Source of the DNA: Orbicella franksi | Lineage: Eukaryota | Assembly (NCBI GenBank): GCA_964199315.1 | Contig: OZ116699.1 | Span: 25,544,001-25,608,000 of the forward strand | Direction of reading: 5' to 3' | Length of the DNA: 64,000 nt | In this document: positions 61,380-64,000 of the stretch, in pieces | Layout of the letters: each line of letters begins with the position of its first letter | How positions within the stretch are numbered: position 1 is the first letter of the stretch | Translations under genes and position numbers: made by a program | Notes under the pieces: model-generated | Told to the model about the DNA's origin: nothing | Seen by the model: the letters and a program-made list of their open reading frames with translations, nothing else | Database searches by the model: none

Positions 61380-64000
61380 TCCTTTAGGACAGTGCATACG
61401 ACGTTTCGTCCGTTCAGGCATCGGATGTTAGAGGAATAGATTTATCGATTAATATTTCCCAAGAGTTTTGGAATAGTAACTATTCATTTTATGTTTCCCT
61501 ACGCATACTGAAAAAACATGAAGGACCTCAAAGACAGACAAATTTTACCACACACTGCTATTTCTCTAGGACAGTGCATGCGACGTTTCGTCCGTTCAGG
61601 CATCGCCGGGATGTTCAAGAAATGGATTTATCGATTAATAATTCCCAAGAGTTCTGGAATAGTAGCCATTCAATTTATGTTTTCGTAGGCATACTGAAAA
61701 ACATGAAGGACCACAAACACAGACAGATTTTACCACGCACTGCTATTTCTTTAGGACGAGTGCAGGCGACGCTCTATCCGTTCAGACATCGCATGATCAA
61801 GAAATGGATTTATGGATCAAAAAATTCCCAAGAGTACTTTCGAAGTACTTGAAGAGAAACCATTCAATTTCTGGTTTCGTAGCCATACTAACAAAATAAT
61901 GGTCCCTAAAGAGATACACCTATTACCACAAGCACTGCTATTACTTTACCAGGGGTGCATGCGACGTTTTGTCCGTTTAGACATCGCATGATCATAAAAT
62001 GGATTTCTGGATTAAAAACTTCCCAAGAGTACTAGAAGAGTACCCATTCATTCACTGCTATTCCTTCAGGAAAGTGTATGCGACGTTTCTCCCGTTCAGG
62101 CATCGGATGCTCAAGAAATGGATTTATCGATTAATTATTCCCAAGAGTTTTAGAATAACAGCCATTCAATTTATGTTGTCGTAGGCATACTGAAAAACAT
62201 GAAGGACCCAAAAGACAGACAAATTTTACCAAACACTGCTATTTCTTTAGGACGAGTGCATGCGACGTTCTATCCGTTCAGACATCGCATGATCAAGAAA
62301 TGGATTCATGGATTAAAAAATTCCGAAGAGTACTAGAAGAGTAGCCATTCAATTTCTGGTTTCGTAGGCATGCTAAGAAAATGATGGCCCCTAAAAATAG
62401 ACACCTTTTACCACAAGCACTGCTATTCCTTTACGGGGGTGCATACGACGTTTCGTCCGTTCAGACATCGCATGATCAAAAAATGGATTTATCGATTAAA
62501 AGCTTCCCAAGAGTACTAGAAGAGTAGCCATTCAATTTGTTGTTTGGTAGCCATACTCGGAAACACGAAGGCCCCATAAAGAGGTACGACTTTGACCACA
62601 AACATTGTTATTTCTTTAGGACAGTGCATGCGACGTTTCGTCCGCTCAGGCATCAGATGTTTAAGAAATGGATTTATTGATTAATTATTCCCAAGAGCTT
62701 TAGAATGTCAGCCATTCAATTTATGTTGTCGTAGGCATAATGAAAAACATGAAGGACCCAAAAGAAGAGTTTTAGAATAGTAGCCATTCAATTTATGTTC
62801 TCGTAGGCATACTAAAAAACATGAAGGACCACAAACACAGACAAATTTTACCACGCACTGCTATTTCTTTAGGACGAGTGCAGGCGACGCTCTATCCGTT
62901 CAGACATCGCATGATCAAGAAATGGATTTATGGATTAACAAATTCTGAAGAGCACTAGAAGAGTAGCCATTCAATTTCCTGTTTCGTAGGCATACTAACA
63001 AAATGATGGCCCCTAGAGATATACACCTTTTACCACAAGCACTGCTATTCCTTTACGAGGGGTGCATGCGACGTTTTGTCCGTTAAGCCATCGCATGATC
63101 AAAAAATAAATTTATGGATAAAAAAAAAACCCAAGAGTACAAGAAGAGTAGCTATTCAATTTGCTGTTTCGAAGCCATACTCAGAAACATGAAGGACCCC
63201 TAAAGATGTACGACTTTGCCCACAAACACTGCTATTCCTTTAAGACAGTGCATGCGACGTTTCGTCCGTTCAGGCATCGGATGTTCAAGAAATGGTTTTA
63301 TCGATTAATTATTCCCAAGAGTTTTAGAATAATAGCCATTCAATTTATGTTTTCGTAGGCACACTGAAAAACATGAAGGACCCAAAAGACAGACAAATTT
63401 TACCACACTGCTATTTTTTTAGGACGAGTGCAGGCGACGTTCTATCCGTTCAGACATCGGATGATCAAGAAATGGATTCATGGATTAAAAAATTCCGCAG
63501 AGTACTAGAAGAGTAGCCACTCAATTTTTCGTTTCGTAGGCATACTAACAAAATGATGGCCCCGAAAAATATACACCTTTTACCACAAGCACTGCTATTC
63601 CTTTACCAGGGGTGCATGCGACGTTTTGTCCGTTTAGACATCGCATGATCATAAAATGGATTTATGGATTAAAAACTTCCCAAGAGTACTAGAAGAGTAC
63701 CCATTCAATTTGTTGTTTGGTAGCCATACTCAGAAACATGCAGGCGCCTAAAGATGTACGACTTTGACCACAAACACTGCCATTCCTTCAGGAAAGTGTA
63801 TGCGACGTTTCTCCCGTTCAGGCATCGGATGCTCAAGAAATGGATTTATCGATTAATTATTCCCAAGAGTTTTAGAATAACAGCCATTCAATTTATGTTG
63901 TCGTAGGCATACTGAAAAACATGAAGGACCCAAAAGACAGACAAATTTTACCACACACTGCTATTTCTTTAGGACGAGTGCATGCGACGTTCTATCCGTT
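61380..64000 (+). repeat. Satellite array, ~180-186-bp monomers in a ~550-bp three-monomer higher-order repeat; runs past the window end
   Basis: Anchor tg(c/t)a(t/g)gcgacgtt recurs at 62879, 63063, 63249, 63429, 63613, 63797, 63979; monomer variants recur every third unit. Confidence 0.95.

Noticed and set aside
61380-64000. CRISPR-like array or repeat-protein gene
   Set aside because: Entire monomers are homologous with no unique spacers, there are no cas genes, the context is eukaryotic and the ORFs are short and interrupted
1-64000. Prokaryotic, viral or horizontally transferred segment; tRNA or rRNA genes
   Set aside because: All coding regions are spliced or TE-derived, GC-rich patches coincide with MITEs, and I recognised no tRNA or rRNA (not a substitute for tRNAscan or Infernal)

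Overview
AT-rich, intron-containing animal DNA; gene families and repeat types suggest an anthozoan cnidarian, probably a stony coral (inference). By hand-splicing GT-AG exons I could reconstruct five gene models, all on the minus strand. (1) A 9-exon GABA-A/glycine-receptor-type Cys-loop channel (188-8337) whose pore has cation-type rather than anion-type residues. (2,3) Two copies of a signal-peptide-bearing protein made of four Tudor-like domains, inside an ~8-9 kb tandem duplication; copy 2 (31755-33612) is intact, copy 1 (23252-25120) has lost its first splice donor. A head-to-head Penelope-type element sits at the duplication junction. (4) A 17-exon, ~1000-aa TRP channel lacking ankyrin repeats and carrying a C-terminal SPRY domain plus coiled coil (35532-45786). 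(5) A secreted furin-repeat (R-spondin-like Cys spacing) protein with an internal three-exon duplication (50675-57046), whose 67-nt leader exon resembles that of the Tudor genes. The rest is LINE and Penelope fragments, non-autonomous DNA transposons/MITEs, a 37-bp G-rich minisatellite (~57.9-58.7 kb) and a ~183-bp satellite with a ~550-bp three-monomer higher-order period running off the right end. All coordinates, counts and homology calls were made by eye without database searches or expression data.
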